From: Dehalococcoidia bacterium
GTDB taxonomy: Bacteria; Chloroflexota; Dehalococcoidia; Lucifugimonadales; UBA3495
DNA length: 64,000 nucleotides
Direction of reading: 5' to 3'
NCBI GenBank assembly: GCA_965243185.1
Contig: OZ251531.1
Span: 2,214,532 to 2,278,531 of the forward strand
Shown here: in pieces, positions 24,315 through 34,018 of the stretch
How positions within the stretch are numbered: position 1 is the first letter of the stretch
How the letters are laid out: each line of letters begins with the position of its first letter
The notes under the pieces: generated by a model
Seen by the model: the letters and a program-made list of their open reading frames with translations, nothing else
The model's database searches: none
Told to the model about the DNA's origin: nothing
Program-made: the position numbers and the translations under genes

Positions 24315-26975
24315 CTAACCCTTGCTCCCATTGCGCGCCCGCTCCTGCAACTCATACAACTTGTTAATCGCCTCCAGCGGCGTCAAGTTGGGAATATCCA
24401 AGTCCAGCACCGCATCCCGCAGCGGCTCCTCCGGCTGAAACAACGGCATTTGCGCGATAGCCGCCTCCTGCCCCGACCGCCGGCCCTTGCCGCCGGCCCG
24501 GCTCGATGCCGCGCCCTGCTCCAGTTCCGCCAACGCCTCCCACGCCCGGCTCACTACCGCCCGCGGCAGCCCGGCCAGTTGCGCCACATGAACCCCGTAA
24601 CTGCGGTCGGCTCCCCCCGGCACAATCCGATGCAGAAACACTACCCGCCCCTCCTCCTCGGCCACTGCCACGCTGTAGTTGCGGACGCCCGGCAAAGTCT
24701 GCGCCAACTCCGTCAATTCGTGGTAGTGCGTGGCAAACAGCGACTTGCAGCCCAAACGCGGGTCATTATGCAGATGTTCAATCACCGCCCGGGCAATTGA
24801 CAACCCGTCATAAGTGCTAGTGCCGCGCCCGATTTCATCCAGCACCACCAGCGACCGCGGCGTGGCTTGGTTCAATATCGCCGCCGTTTCCACCATCTCC
24901 ACCATAAAAGTGGACTGCCCGGTGGTCAAATCATCCTGCAACCCCACCCGCGTAAAAATCCGATCCACTAACCCGATTTCCGCCGCCGCCGCCGGCACAA
25001 AGCTCCCGATTTGCGCCATCAAAACGATAATCGCCGCTTGCCGTATATAGGTGGACTTCCCCGCCATATTCGGCCCGGTCAGCACAATCACCCGCGCCGC
25101 GCCATTGGCAATCTGCAAATCGTTAGGCACATAAGCCCCCGCCCCCAGCGTCCGCTCCACTACCGGATGCCGCCCGTCCTTGATACTGATGGCATCCCCA
25201 CCGTTCAGCTTCGGCCGCACATAGTCGTACCGCACTGCTACTTCAGCCAGGGCCGCGAACACATCCAAAGCCGCAATCCCGGCCGCTAACCGCCCGATTG
25301 GCTCCGCATATCCCCCCAACTGGCTGCACACCTGCCGAAACAGCGATCGCTCCAATTCCTGAATCCGTTCCTGCGAATGTAGCACCAGCGACTCGTACTC
25401 TTTCAACTCCGGGACGATGAACCGTTCCCCGTTAGTCAAAGTCTGCCGGCGGATATAATCCGGCGGCGCCTGCCGCAGGTTGGCTTTGCTGATCTCGATG
25501 TAATACCCGAAAATCTGATTGTAGCCTACCCGCAGGTTGCGGATGCCGGTGCGTTGCCGTTCCCGGCTTTCCAACCCGGCGATAAAACCCCGGGCATCCC
25601 GCCCGGCCGCTTTCAATTCATCCAGTTCCGGGGAAAAGCCTTCCCGGATAACCTTGCCTTCCCCCACAATCCCCGTCGGTTCCGCGGCGATAGATTCCTC
25701 AATCAGCGCCGCCGCCGCTGGCACCGGCCCCAACTGCCGCGCCAGCCAAGCCACCGACTCCGCCGCCCCATCCTCTCTTGCCAAAGTAGCCGCCAGCGAC
25801 TCCGCCGCCGCCAGCCCCGCTTTCAACGCCGTCAAGTCCCGGGGCATCGCCGTGCCGGCTTGCACCCGCCCCAGTATCCGCTCCAAATCGGCAATGTTGC
25901 CCAACAGACTGCGGGCATCGCTGCGGCGGAAAGCGTCGGCGAAAAAATGCTCCACCGCATCCAGCCGCTGCTCCAACTCCCCGGTCTCCAGCAGCGGCTG
26001 CCCCAGCCATCGCCGCAGCAGACGCCCGCCCATCGCCGTCCGGGTATCATCCAACGCCGCCAGCAGCGAAAACTGCCGGCTTTCCCACCGCCCGGCTGCA
26101 AACAACTCCAGATTGCGCCGGGTTTGCGCATCCAGCGTCATATAAGCCGCCGTGGAATAAACCCCCAACGCCGCCAGCCGGGGCTTGGCCGCCTTGTAAG
26201 TCTGCCCCAAGTAATCCACAATCGCCCCGGCCGCCCGCGTCGCCAACGGCAAATCGGCGCACCCAAAGGCTTCCAAAGAGCGAATGTCATAGTGGGACAG
26301 CAGCGCATCCCGGGCGATGTCCCAGTCAAAAGTAGCCGGGTTCAGCCGGGTCAAGGAATAGCCCGACCGGTCAACGCCCTCTCCGCCATCCTCTACGGAA
26401 CCGGAGCCGTATCCGTGGCCGTTGCCGGCCCCCAACCATGCCGGCGGCGTATCGGCCGCCGCGATCAGAACTTCCGCCGGCCCAATCCGCTCCAACTCCG
26501 GCAATAGTCGCTCCACCGCCAGTTGTGTTGCCGCAAACTCCCCAGTGGTAATGTCCACATAAGCCAGCCCCGCCGCCGCCTCATCCACTACTACCGCCGC
26601 CAAGTAGTTGTTGGCTTTCTGCTCCAGCAGCCCCGTCTCTACCACTGTGCCCGGCGTAACCACCCGCACCACATCCCGCTCCACCAATCCTCGGGATGCC
26701 GCCGGGTCCGACAGCTGTTCGCAGATGGCTACCTTATGCCCCTTCTTGATCAGCCGCGCCAAGTACGACTCCAGCGCCACCGCCGGGATCCCGGCCATTG
26801 GCACTTTCAGGCTCTTGCCCAAGCGGCGCGAAGTGAGCGCAATCTCCAACTCCCGCGCCGCCAAATGCGCGTCATCGTCAAAAGTTTCGTAAAAATCCCC
26901 CATCCGGAACAGCACCAACGCGTCCGGATAGGAATGTTTGATTTTTAGATACTGGCGGCGTACCGGCGTAACCAT
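24315..26975 (-). CDS. mutS: DNA mismatch repair protein MutS
   Basis: Mismatch-binding N-terminus (FYETF), Walker A GPNMAGKST and DEIGRGTSTYDG. Confidence 0.93.
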   Translation of the reverse strand: MVTPVRRQYLKIKHSYPDALVLFRMGDFYETFDDDAHLAARELEIALTSRRLGKSLKVPMAGIPAVALESYLARLIKKGHKVAICEQLSDPAASRGLVERDVVRVVTPGTVVETGLLEQKANNYLAAVVVDEAAAGLAYVDITTGEFAATQLAVERLLPELERIGPAEVLIAAADTPPAWLGAGNGHGYGSGSVEDGGEGVDRSGYSLTRLNPATFDWDIARDALLSHYDIRSLEAFGCADLPLATRAAGAIVDYLGQTYKAAKPRLAALGVYSTAAYMTLDAQTRRNLELFAAGRWESRQFSLLAALDDTRTAMGGRLLRRWLGQPLLETGELEQRLDAVEHFFADAFRRSDARSLLGNIADLERILGRVQAGTAMPRDLTALKAGLAAAESLAATLAREDGAAESVAWLARQLGPVPAAAALIEESIAAEPTGIVGEGKVIREGFSPELDELKAAGRDARGFIAGLESRERQRTGIRNLRVGYNQIFGYYIEISKANLRQAPPDYIRRQTLTNGERFIVPELKEYESLVLHSQERIQELERSLFRQVCSQLGGYAEPIGRLAAGIAALDVFAALAEVAVRYDYVRPKLNGGDAISIKDGRHPVVERTLGAGAYVPNDLQIANGAARVIVLTGPNMAGKSTYIRQAAIIVLMAQIGSFVPAAAAEIGLVDRIFTRVGLQDDLTTGQSTFMVEMVETAAILNQATPRSLVVLDEIGRGTSTYDGLSIARAVIEHLHNDPRLGCKSLFATHYHELTELAQTLPGVRNYSVAVAEEEGRVVFLHRIVPGGADRSYGVHVAQLAGLPRAVVSRAWEALAELEQGAASSRAGGKGRRSGQEAAIAQMPLFQPEEPLRDAVLDLDIPNLTPLEAINKLYELQERARNGSKG

Positions 26976-27074
26976 CAGCCCACCGAACCCTTCCCGCTCT
27001 GAACAAATATCCCCTTTGCCCGGATCCGGTTGCCAGGTCTCTCCGACTCACGCCGGGCAAATACCCCGCATACC

Positions 27075-27118
27075 AAAGAAAACCGGTTAGGGCAGCGCTG
27101 CCATTCTACCCTAACCGG
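27075..27118 (-). terminator. Rho-independent terminator after the FNR gene
   Basis: On the minus strand, a 10-bp perfect stem CCGGTTAGGG/CCCTAACCGG is followed by TTTTCTTT, 28 nt after the stop. Confidence 0.55.
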
Positions 27119-27145
27119 CGTACCCTTACCAAGGGCAAAGCGGCC

Positions 27146-27913
27146 CTACTCTTTCCAGAACCGTTCCTCCCGGAACTGCCAACCCTGCGGCGTAACTATT
27201 TCCTTCACCCCGGCAATCATCCCCGGATGCCCGCAGGTATAGACCATCGTATCCTCTGGCGGCAGGTCAAACTCGGCCAGGTAATGCTCCACCAGATTGT
27301 TGAGCCGTCCCGTTGCCCCGGCCCACCCGGCGTTGCGCTCCTCATTAGGACGACTCACCGCCGGCACAAACTTGATAAAATCCGGATACTGCGCCGCCAG
27401 TGCCGCCAACTCCCGGTCATAGGTCAGCTCATCCTGATAACTGGCGCCCAGCAGCACATAAAAATAGTGGCCCGTCCCGCCCTGATGCAGATACTCCCGG
27501 ATGATGCTCAAGTACGGCCCCACCCCGGTCACCGTGGCCAGCATCAAATGATGATGTACCTTTTCGTTCAGGGTAAAAATCCCCTTGGGCCGCGGCCGGA
27601 TGGACATTGTATCCCCCACCGCCATTTGCCACATCTTGGGCGTCAACCCCCCCTCCGGCACCAACTCCACGAAAATCTCCAGCGTCTCCTCGTACGGCGC
27701 GGACACGATGGAATAGGCCCGTTCCACTCCCTCTTTGCCCAGGGTGCAATACTGCCCCGGCTTGAACTTGAACGGCCCCTCCTGCGGCGCCAGCTTCATC
27801 ACCATCAACTCCTCGGTGATGTCCCGCCGTTCAACCAGTTCGGCTTGCGGCAGCTGGTCCGTGCGGTATTGCGGCCGCCCCGGGGCCGCCGCCCTATCGC
27901 TGCTGGTGGTCAT
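27146..27913 (-). CDS. Ferredoxin-NADP+ reductase-type FAD/NAD(P) oxidoreductase
   Basis: RAYSIVS FAD-binding (RxYS) motif and a C-terminal NAD(P)-binding domain; 255 aa. Confidence 0.8.
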   Translation of the reverse strand: MTTSSDRAAAPGRPQYRTDQLPQAELVERRDITEELMVMKLAPQEGPFKFKPGQYCTLGKEGVERAYSIVSAPYEETLEIFVELVPEGGLTPKMWQMAVGDTMSIRPRPKGIFTLNEKVHHHLMLATVTGVGPYLSIIREYLHQGGTGHYFYVLLGASYQDELTYDRELAALAAQYPDFIKFVPAVSRPNEERNAGWAGATGRLNNLVEHYLAEFDLPPEDTMVYTCGHPGMIAGVKEIVTPQGWQFREERFWKE

Positions 27914-28048
27914 CTTTACCTCGCTTCAACTAATTTTCCAGGGATTGCCGGGGACAATTCACCCCGAACGTTTCCCAAACCGTCCGAAACTAAACCGCCG
28001 TCTCCGAACTACCCTCCGGTCAATCCGTCCCCGCCGGCTCGCAATACC

Positions 28049-30910
28049 CTAATCCCCGTTACCGCCCTCCGCCGCCACTTTCACCACCCGCGCCGGCAAA
28101 ATATCCAACCCCGGCACCCGGGACATCGGATCCGGCTCCGTCGAATTCTGCAAATCCACCGCCAGTTGCCCGAACAGAATCGTCGCCGCCACCGTCCCCC
28201 TCGGCCGCGCCGAATCCAGCCGCGCTTGCCCGGCCAGCCGTCCTCCCGGCGTCTGCACTTCCACTGTATCCCCCTCGACAATGCCCCACGCGGCCGCATC
28301 CTCCGGGTTCAACTCCACCACTTCCTCCCGTTCAATGCGGTTGCTACCGCCCGGCCCATCCGCCGTCACCCGGGTATCCCGATCCCGTTGCAGCAGCACC
28401 CGCCCCGGCACAAACCGCGCCGGATAATCCCCATCCACATCCGCCGCGGCCAGCGCCGCCCGGAATTGCGGAATCAGCCAATCCGCCTTGCCCCCGGGAA
28501 AACCATCCTGGTACAGAATCGCCGTCCCGCCGCCGCTTTCCCCCGCCGGCCACTGTAGCCCCCGCTGCTCCTTGCTGACATAAAGCAACTGTGTCGGCTG
28601 CGGACTTTCCAACCCGCTCCGCAAAGTCAACCCCGTTTCCTTTTCCAACCGGGCATAGGATATTCCGGCATAATTGGGAACCACTTCCGCGATTTCATCC
28701 ATCACCGCCCCGGCATCCGGATAGTCAAAGCCGGCCGCGCCCAACCGTTGCCCCAACTGGCAAAACACCCACTGCTCCGGTTTAGCGTTGCCGCTTTGCG
28801 GCTGAAACACCGGCCGCACCCGCTGCACCCGTCGCTCCAAATTGGTATAAGTCCCATCCTTTTCCGCAAAGGATACCCGCGGCAAAACTACCTCCGCCAG
28901 TTGCGCCGGCCGGCTCAGGAAAGTATCCATCACCACCAGAAACTCCAGGTTCTGCAATGCCGCCAACCCGTCCCCCAAGCGGCCGTTCACCAGGTTATAG
29001 CTGTCTCCCACCAGCAGCATTGCCTTGACCGTCCCTTGCCGCGCCGCCGCCGCCATTTGCGGCAAGCCCAAACCGGCCTCCGTTGGCAAAGCGCAGCCCC
29101 ACCGTTCCTCCAGTTCCTGCCGCGCCGGACGTTCCCCCCGCCCGGGTTTCACTCCCGGCAGTAGGTCGTGAACGCAGCCCACATCCACCGCGCCCGCTTC
29201 ATTAGTTCCTTGCGGCAGCGGATAAATCCCTGCCCCCGCCTTGCCCACATTCCCGGTCAGTAACGCCAGGTTCACCAAAGCGTTGACGCAATCCCGCTGC
29301 AAATCCGGGTCGATGTTGTCCAGCGAATAGCAAACCGCGGCCTTATCCGCCTCCCCGAAAAACTCGGCCGCCCGGGCCATTTCCGCCCGCCCCACTCCGG
29401 TAATGGCGGCGATTTCCTCCAGATCCAGGTTGTTCAGGTAGTAATACAGCGTAGCCGGATCCTCGCACCGCTGCTCCACCCATTCCTTATCGACCCGCCC
29501 CTGCTCCACCACTTCCCGCAGTAATCCCCCCAGTAGCAGCAACTCCGTGCCGGGAATCGGCCGCAGCCAGCAGGCGGCGTAGCGGGTCAGCTCTACCTCC
29601 CGGGGGTCAATAACTATCAGCTTCGCCCCGGCTTTCACCGCCCGCTTTATCGGCACCCCCACCACATTGTTGTCCTCGGTCAGGTTGCTGTTGAACACCA
29701 AAATCGCCCCGGCCCGCTCCAAATCCCAAATCGGATTGGTCGCCCACCGGTAACCCAAGGCTTGCTCCAACCCCCCGGTCAATTCCGGCTGCAAGTTGGA
29801 AGTCAAGTCCACATTGTTGGACTGCATCGCCACCCGCGCCAACTTCTGCGCCAGGTAATGCTCCTCCGTAGTCCCGTTGGGCGCTGCCAACAGCCCGAAA
29901 GCCGCTCCCCGGTACTCGGCCAGCCGTTGGGCAATGTAGTCCAACGCCTCCTCCCAGCTGCATTCCGTCAGTTGCCCCTCCCGCCGTAGCAGCGGCGTCT
30001 GCAACCGGTCGCCCCGGTTAATAAACTCCAACCCGAACTTCCCCTTGAAACACCCTTGCCCCCGGTTGGCGGGCGAATTATATTCCGGCACCACCCGAAT
30101 CAGCTGCCCGTCCCCGTTCAGCTCCAAATTCAGCTGACAGCCCACCGGGCAGTGCGGGCAAATCGTCCGTTCCACCCGCCGCGCCTTTTCCCACTTGTGT
30201 TCCCGCTCCACCAACGCCCCTACCGGGCAGACATCAATACACGCCCCGCAAAACTCGCACCCCGACTCCAGTAGCGATGACCCGAAAGAAGTCCCCACCA
30301 ACGCCTTGCCCGACCGTTCGGTGAAACAAATAGCGTCATCCCCCCGGATTTCCTCACACGCCCGCACGCACCGCCCGCAGGTGATGCACAGGTTATAGTC
30401 CCGGTCATAAAAGGGATCCGCCACTTCCAGCGGAATCTGCTTGTATTTATAGTTCAGCGGCGACTCCAGCTCCATCCCCAGATAGCGCACCGTATCCTTG
30501 AACTCGCACCGCTCATTCTTGGGACAGGTAACGCAGCGGTCATTCACCGCCACATGACGCAGGCAAATATCCTGCGGCCCGCAAATGTCAATCCGATGGC
30601 AGGTCAGGCAGCCGTTGGGATGTTCCGCAATCAGCATCTGCATTACCGACCGCCGCAGTTCGTTCACATCCCGCGTCTCGCTGCGAATTCGCATCCCGTC
30701 CGCCGCCGGCAAAGTGCAGGCCGCCGGAAAGCCCCGCCCGCCTTCGACCGCCACCACGCACATTCGGCAGGCCGCGTACGGCTCCATCCCCGGATGGTAG
30801 CACAGATACGGAACATAGATGCCGGCGTCAATGGCCGCTTCCAGGACCATTTTGCCCCGTTCCGTAGTTATCTCCACCCCGTCAATGGCGATGGTAATTT
30901 CCTCAGCCAT
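28049..30910 (-). CDS. nuoG: NuoG-like Fe-S / molybdopterin-oxidoreductase-fold subunit (FdsA architecture, no catalytic Cys/Sec)
   Basis: N-terminal 2Fe-2S motif (CYHPGMEPYAACRMC), 4Fe-4S motifs and CPHCPVGC. At the formate dehydrogenase Cys/Sec-His position the sequence reads NNVDLTSNLQPE. Confidence 0.8.
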   Translation of the reverse strand: MAEEITIAIDGVEITTERGKMVLEAAIDAGIYVPYLCYHPGMEPYAACRMCVVAVEGGRGFPAACTLPAADGMRIRSETRDVNELRRSVMQMLIAEHPNGCLTCHRIDICGPQDICLRHVAVNDRCVTCPKNERCEFKDTVRYLGMELESPLNYKYKQIPLEVADPFYDRDYNLCITCGRCVRACEEIRGDDAICFTERSGKALVGTSFGSSLLESGCEFCGACIDVCPVGALVEREHKWEKARRVERTICPHCPVGCQLNLELNGDGQLIRVVPEYNSPANRGQGCFKGKFGLEFINRGDRLQTPLLRREGQLTECSWEEALDYIAQRLAEYRGAAFGLLAAPNGTTEEHYLAQKLARVAMQSNNVDLTSNLQPELTGGLEQALGYRWATNPIWDLERAGAILVFNSNLTEDNNVVGVPIKRAVKAGAKLIVIDPREVELTRYAACWLRPIPGTELLLLGGLLREVVEQGRVDKEWVEQRCEDPATLYYYLNNLDLEEIAAITGVGRAEMARAAEFFGEADKAAVCYSLDNIDPDLQRDCVNALVNLALLTGNVGKAGAGIYPLPQGTNEAGAVDVGCVHDLLPGVKPGRGERPARQELEERWGCALPTEAGLGLPQMAAAARQGTVKAMLLVGDSYNLVNGRLGDGLAALQNLEFLVVMDTFLSRPAQLAEVVLPRVSFAEKDGTYTNLERRVQRVRPVFQPQSGNAKPEQWVFCQLGQRLGAAGFDYPDAGAVMDEIAEVVPNYAGISYARLEKETGLTLRSGLESPQPTQLLYVSKEQRGLQWPAGESGGGTAILYQDGFPGGKADWLIPQFRAALAAADVDGDYPARFVPGRVLLQRDRDTRVTADGPGGSNRIEREEVVELNPEDAAAWGIVEGDTVEVQTPGGRLAGQARLDSARPRGTVAATILFGQLAVDLQNSTEPDPMSRVPGLDILPARVVKVAAEGGNGD

Positions 30911-30955
30911 TCAATCCTCGCGCAGCCCTTGCCCAATGCTGCTGCTAATCGTCAA

Positions 30956-32680
30956 CTACCGCCGGCTCAGCCGCGGCGTAAAATGCGGCTCCCCGCACCG
31001 GCCGGTCGGACACCGCTTCTCCTCAATATGCGCCGCAAACTCCTCGGGAAAATACCGCAGCGCCGACGCCACCGGGCTGAACCCCAATTGCCCATGCCCG
31101 CACAGCGAACCGGCTTGCATATTCAACCCCACCGACCGCATCAAATCCAAATCCTCCGGGCCGCCCTCCAGCCGTCCAATCCGCTCCAACGCCTCCAGCA
31201 GATGACTCATCCCCATCCGACAGGGAAAGCACTTGCCGCAGGACTCGTACTGGCAAAAGGCAATCAATACCCGCGTCAAATCCACCACGCAGGCATCATC
31301 CCCCGCGGCGATTATCCCCCCGGAACCCAAAATCGCCCCGGCATTGCGAAACACCTCAAAATCCAGCAGCAAATCCGCCGCATCGATCCCCAGCACGCCC
31401 CCCAACGGCCCCCCGGTCTGAATAAACTTCAACTTCCGGCCCGCCGGCGGCCCCCCGGCAATTTCATACAGCACCTCTTGCAGGTTCAACCCCATCGGCA
31501 GCTCCACCATTCCGGTATAATTCAACGCCCCGCTCAGGCACAAAATCACCGTCCCGGTGCTGCGCTCGTGGCCGATGCCCGCAAACCACTCTCCGCCCTT
31601 GGCGATAATCTCCGGCACATACGCCAAAGTTTTGACATTGTTGATATTGGTCGGCTTCCCGAAAACTCCCACTTGCGCCGGAAACGGCGGCCGGTACCGC
31701 GGCATCGACCGCTTCCCCTCAATGGCCTCCATCAACGCCGTTTCCTCCCCGGCAACATAGGAATCCCCGGTTAAAGCCACCTCCAGGTCAAACTGGAACC
31801 CCGACCCCAGAATATCCGCCCCCAGTAGTCCCAACTCGTAGGCTTGCGCCACCGCCGCCTTGGCCCGCTCAATCGGCCCATCGTGCCCGTGCCGAATGAA
31901 AATATACCCGTAGTTGGCCCCGGTAGCGTACCCGGCCAGTATCATCCCCTCCACTACCGTATGCGGGTCGCTCTCCAAAATCCCCTTATCGTTAAACGCC
32001 CCCGGGTCGCCCTCCTCGCAGTTGCACAGAATATACTTGTCCGCCGCCCCGTTATCCGCCAGAAACTTCCACTTAACCCCGGTGGCAAAGGCCGCGCCGC
32101 CGCGCCCCCGCAGCCCCGACGCCGTAACCTCCTCCCTTACCCCCTCCGGCGTCATTGCCGTCAACGCCTGCTGCAAAGCCGCGTAACCCCCGTTAGCCAC
32201 ATACTGGTAAATATCCAGCGGGTCAATCTGCCCGGCATTCCGCAAAGCAATCCGCTGCTCCTTAACCCGCATCGGATGCCGGTTCAAGTCCGGCAGCCCA
32301 ATGCCGCCGCTGTCATCCCCCTCGGGATAAATGCAGCCCAACGCAGCCGCCGCTACCGGTACGCCCCCGACAATATGGGACGCCACAATTTCCTCGGCCA
32401 ATTCCGGGCTGACCTTCCCGTAAAAAACCCGCGCCTGCCCCGGCACGGCCACCTCCACCAACGGCTCCGCAAAGCACAGCCCCAAGCAGCCCACCCGACT
32501 CACCACCGCATCCAAACCCCGCCTTGCCAACGCCGTCTCCAGCGCCGCCGCCGCTTCCTCCGCTCCCGCCGCCTGCCCGCACAACGCCGTCCCCACCCGC
32601 AGCCACGGCCGCCCGCCGGCCGTCAACTCCGTCCAGCGGCTGGCCGCGGCGGCCTGGATTTCCTCAAAAGTGGGGAACAT
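30956..32680 (-). CDS. nuoF: NuoF-like NADH-binding FMN/4Fe-4S subunit with an N-terminal extension
   Basis: GRGGAAFATGVKW FMN/NADH motif and ESCGKCFPCR 4Fe-4S motif. Confidence 0.88.
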   Translation of the reverse strand: MFPTFEEIQAAAASRWTELTAGGRPWLRVGTALCGQAAGAEEAAAALETALARRGLDAVVSRVGCLGLCFAEPLVEVAVPGQARVFYGKVSPELAEEIVASHIVGGVPVAAAALGCIYPEGDDSGGIGLPDLNRHPMRVKEQRIALRNAGQIDPLDIYQYVANGGYAALQQALTAMTPEGVREEVTASGLRGRGGAAFATGVKWKFLADNGAADKYILCNCEEGDPGAFNDKGILESDPHTVVEGMILAGYATGANYGYIFIRHGHDGPIERAKAAVAQAYELGLLGADILGSGFQFDLEVALTGDSYVAGEETALMEAIEGKRSMPRYRPPFPAQVGVFGKPTNINNVKTLAYVPEIIAKGGEWFAGIGHERSTGTVILCLSGALNYTGMVELPMGLNLQEVLYEIAGGPPAGRKLKFIQTGGPLGGVLGIDAADLLLDFEVFRNAGAILGSGGIIAAGDDACVVDLTRVLIAFCQYESCGKCFPCRMGMSHLLEALERIGRLEGGPEDLDLMRSVGLNMQAGSLCGHGQLGFSPVASALRYFPEEFAAHIEEKRCPTGRCGEPHFTPRLSRR

Positions 32681-32688
32681 ACCGAACT

Positions 32689-33162
32689 TTACTCCGGAGA
32701 CTGACCCAAGGCTTGGGTCACCCGGCGGCCCGCTTCCTCCGGCGAAAGCCGGCCGACTAAATGATGATTAACCGACATCACCGGCGCCAGGGCGCAGGCC
32801 CCCAAGCAGGTATTGTACCGCACCGACAGCCGCCCGTCCGGGGTATCGCCTTCCTCCTCCAACCCGGCCGCCGCCAGCGTCGCCGCAATCACCGGCATTG
32901 CCCCAACCAAATGGCACGACGGCCCCCAGCAGACCTCAATCCGCTGCTCGCAAGGCGGCGTCGTGCGAAAATTGGGATAAAAGGACACCACCGCCCAAAC
33001 ATCATTGACCGTAGCCTGGTTGAACTCCGCCACCGCCGCCACCGCTTCCTTGGGGATATACCCCAATTCATCCTCCACCGCCAGCAGCGACGACAGAATC
33101 GTAATCGTCCGTTGCGGCTGCCGCGCCACCGCCCGGCTGCTCCGTTCCTTCAGCCCATCCAT
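32689..33162 (-). CDS. nuoE: NuoE-like 2Fe-2S thioredoxin-like subunit
   Basis: CWGPSCHLVG ... CLGACALAP cysteine pattern. Start set at MDGLKER. Confidence 0.85.
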   Translation of the reverse strand: MDGLKERSSRAVARQPQRTITILSSLLAVEDELGYIPKEAVAAVAEFNQATVNDVWAVVSFYPNFRTTPPCEQRIEVCWGPSCHLVGAMPVIAATLAAAGLEEEGDTPDGRLSVRYNTCLGACALAPVMSVNHHLVGRLSPEEAGRRVTQALGQSPE

Positions 33163-33284
33163 CTGCCGGGAACCTGACCTCTGCCTAAATACTCTGCGCC
33201 TGACTATCGCCCCGCCCCGTAACCCCGCCGGAATGTTACCACAGGAAAATAGGCGGTTCAACCAATTTTCCCGCCGCCAGCCCC

Positions 33285-33929
33285 CTACTCCCCCTGCAAA
33301 TACTGCCGCATCGCCGACCGGAAAATATCGTATGGATGCGCCCCGGTGAACATCAAATTCCCCACCACAAAGGTCGGAATCCCCCGGATCCCGTACTGCA
33401 ACGCCTCCTGATACTGCTGCATCACCACCCCCGAATAGGTATGCGCCGCCAAATGCTCCAGCAGCTCCTCGGCATTCAGCGATACCGCCCGCGCCACCTC
33501 CGCCAACGCCGCCGGCTGCCCCAAATCCAGCCCTTCCTCCCAATAGGCTTTATAGGCGGCGTGATGAAACTCCAGAAACTTCCCCTGCTGCTGGGCATAC
33601 TCCGTCGCTTCCAGCGCATACAGCGTATTCGGCGTAACCGCCGGCGGCCGCATAATCAATCCGGCCTCCCGCACCTGCGACCGAATCGGTTCCGCCAATT
33701 CCTCCGCCGTTTCCCCGGCCCGCGGCTGCCGCTGCAAACCCTCCTGCGGCGTATCCGGCCGCAACAGATAAGCCCGCCCCTCCACGGCGATGTTGTAATC
33801 CTGACCCAACTTGTCAACCCGCTCCAGGCCGACATAGCACCAGGGTCAAATATAGTCATACCAGACGATAACCCGCACCGGCTCCGTCCCCTTGCCCCCC
33901 GCCGCCATCCCCTGCGCCGCTTCCTCCAT
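33285..33929 (-). CDS. DsbA/FrnE-like oxidoreductase with an in-frame TGA (candidate Sec) at 33846-33848
   Basis: AGGAGG RBS then ATG 33929. The frame reads ...PVRVIVWYDYI-TGA-PWCYVGLERVDKLGQDY and continues into the 174-aa track ORF. The TGA replaces the first Cys of CPWC. Confidence 0.75.
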
Positions 33930-34018
33930 AACCAACCTCCTGTTCAACCGGACTTACCCGCCCGGCGCGAGCAATCCTCGGTAAAACTCCCGGCCCCTGG
34001 TGAATTGAATCAGCCCCC

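Noticed and set aside
28049-30910. Formate dehydrogenase alpha subunit, possibly Sec-containing
   Set aside because: The ORF is uninterrupted, and the position aligned by eye with the catalytic Cys/Sec-His reads L-Q (NNVDLTSNLQPE). Called NuoG-like instead.
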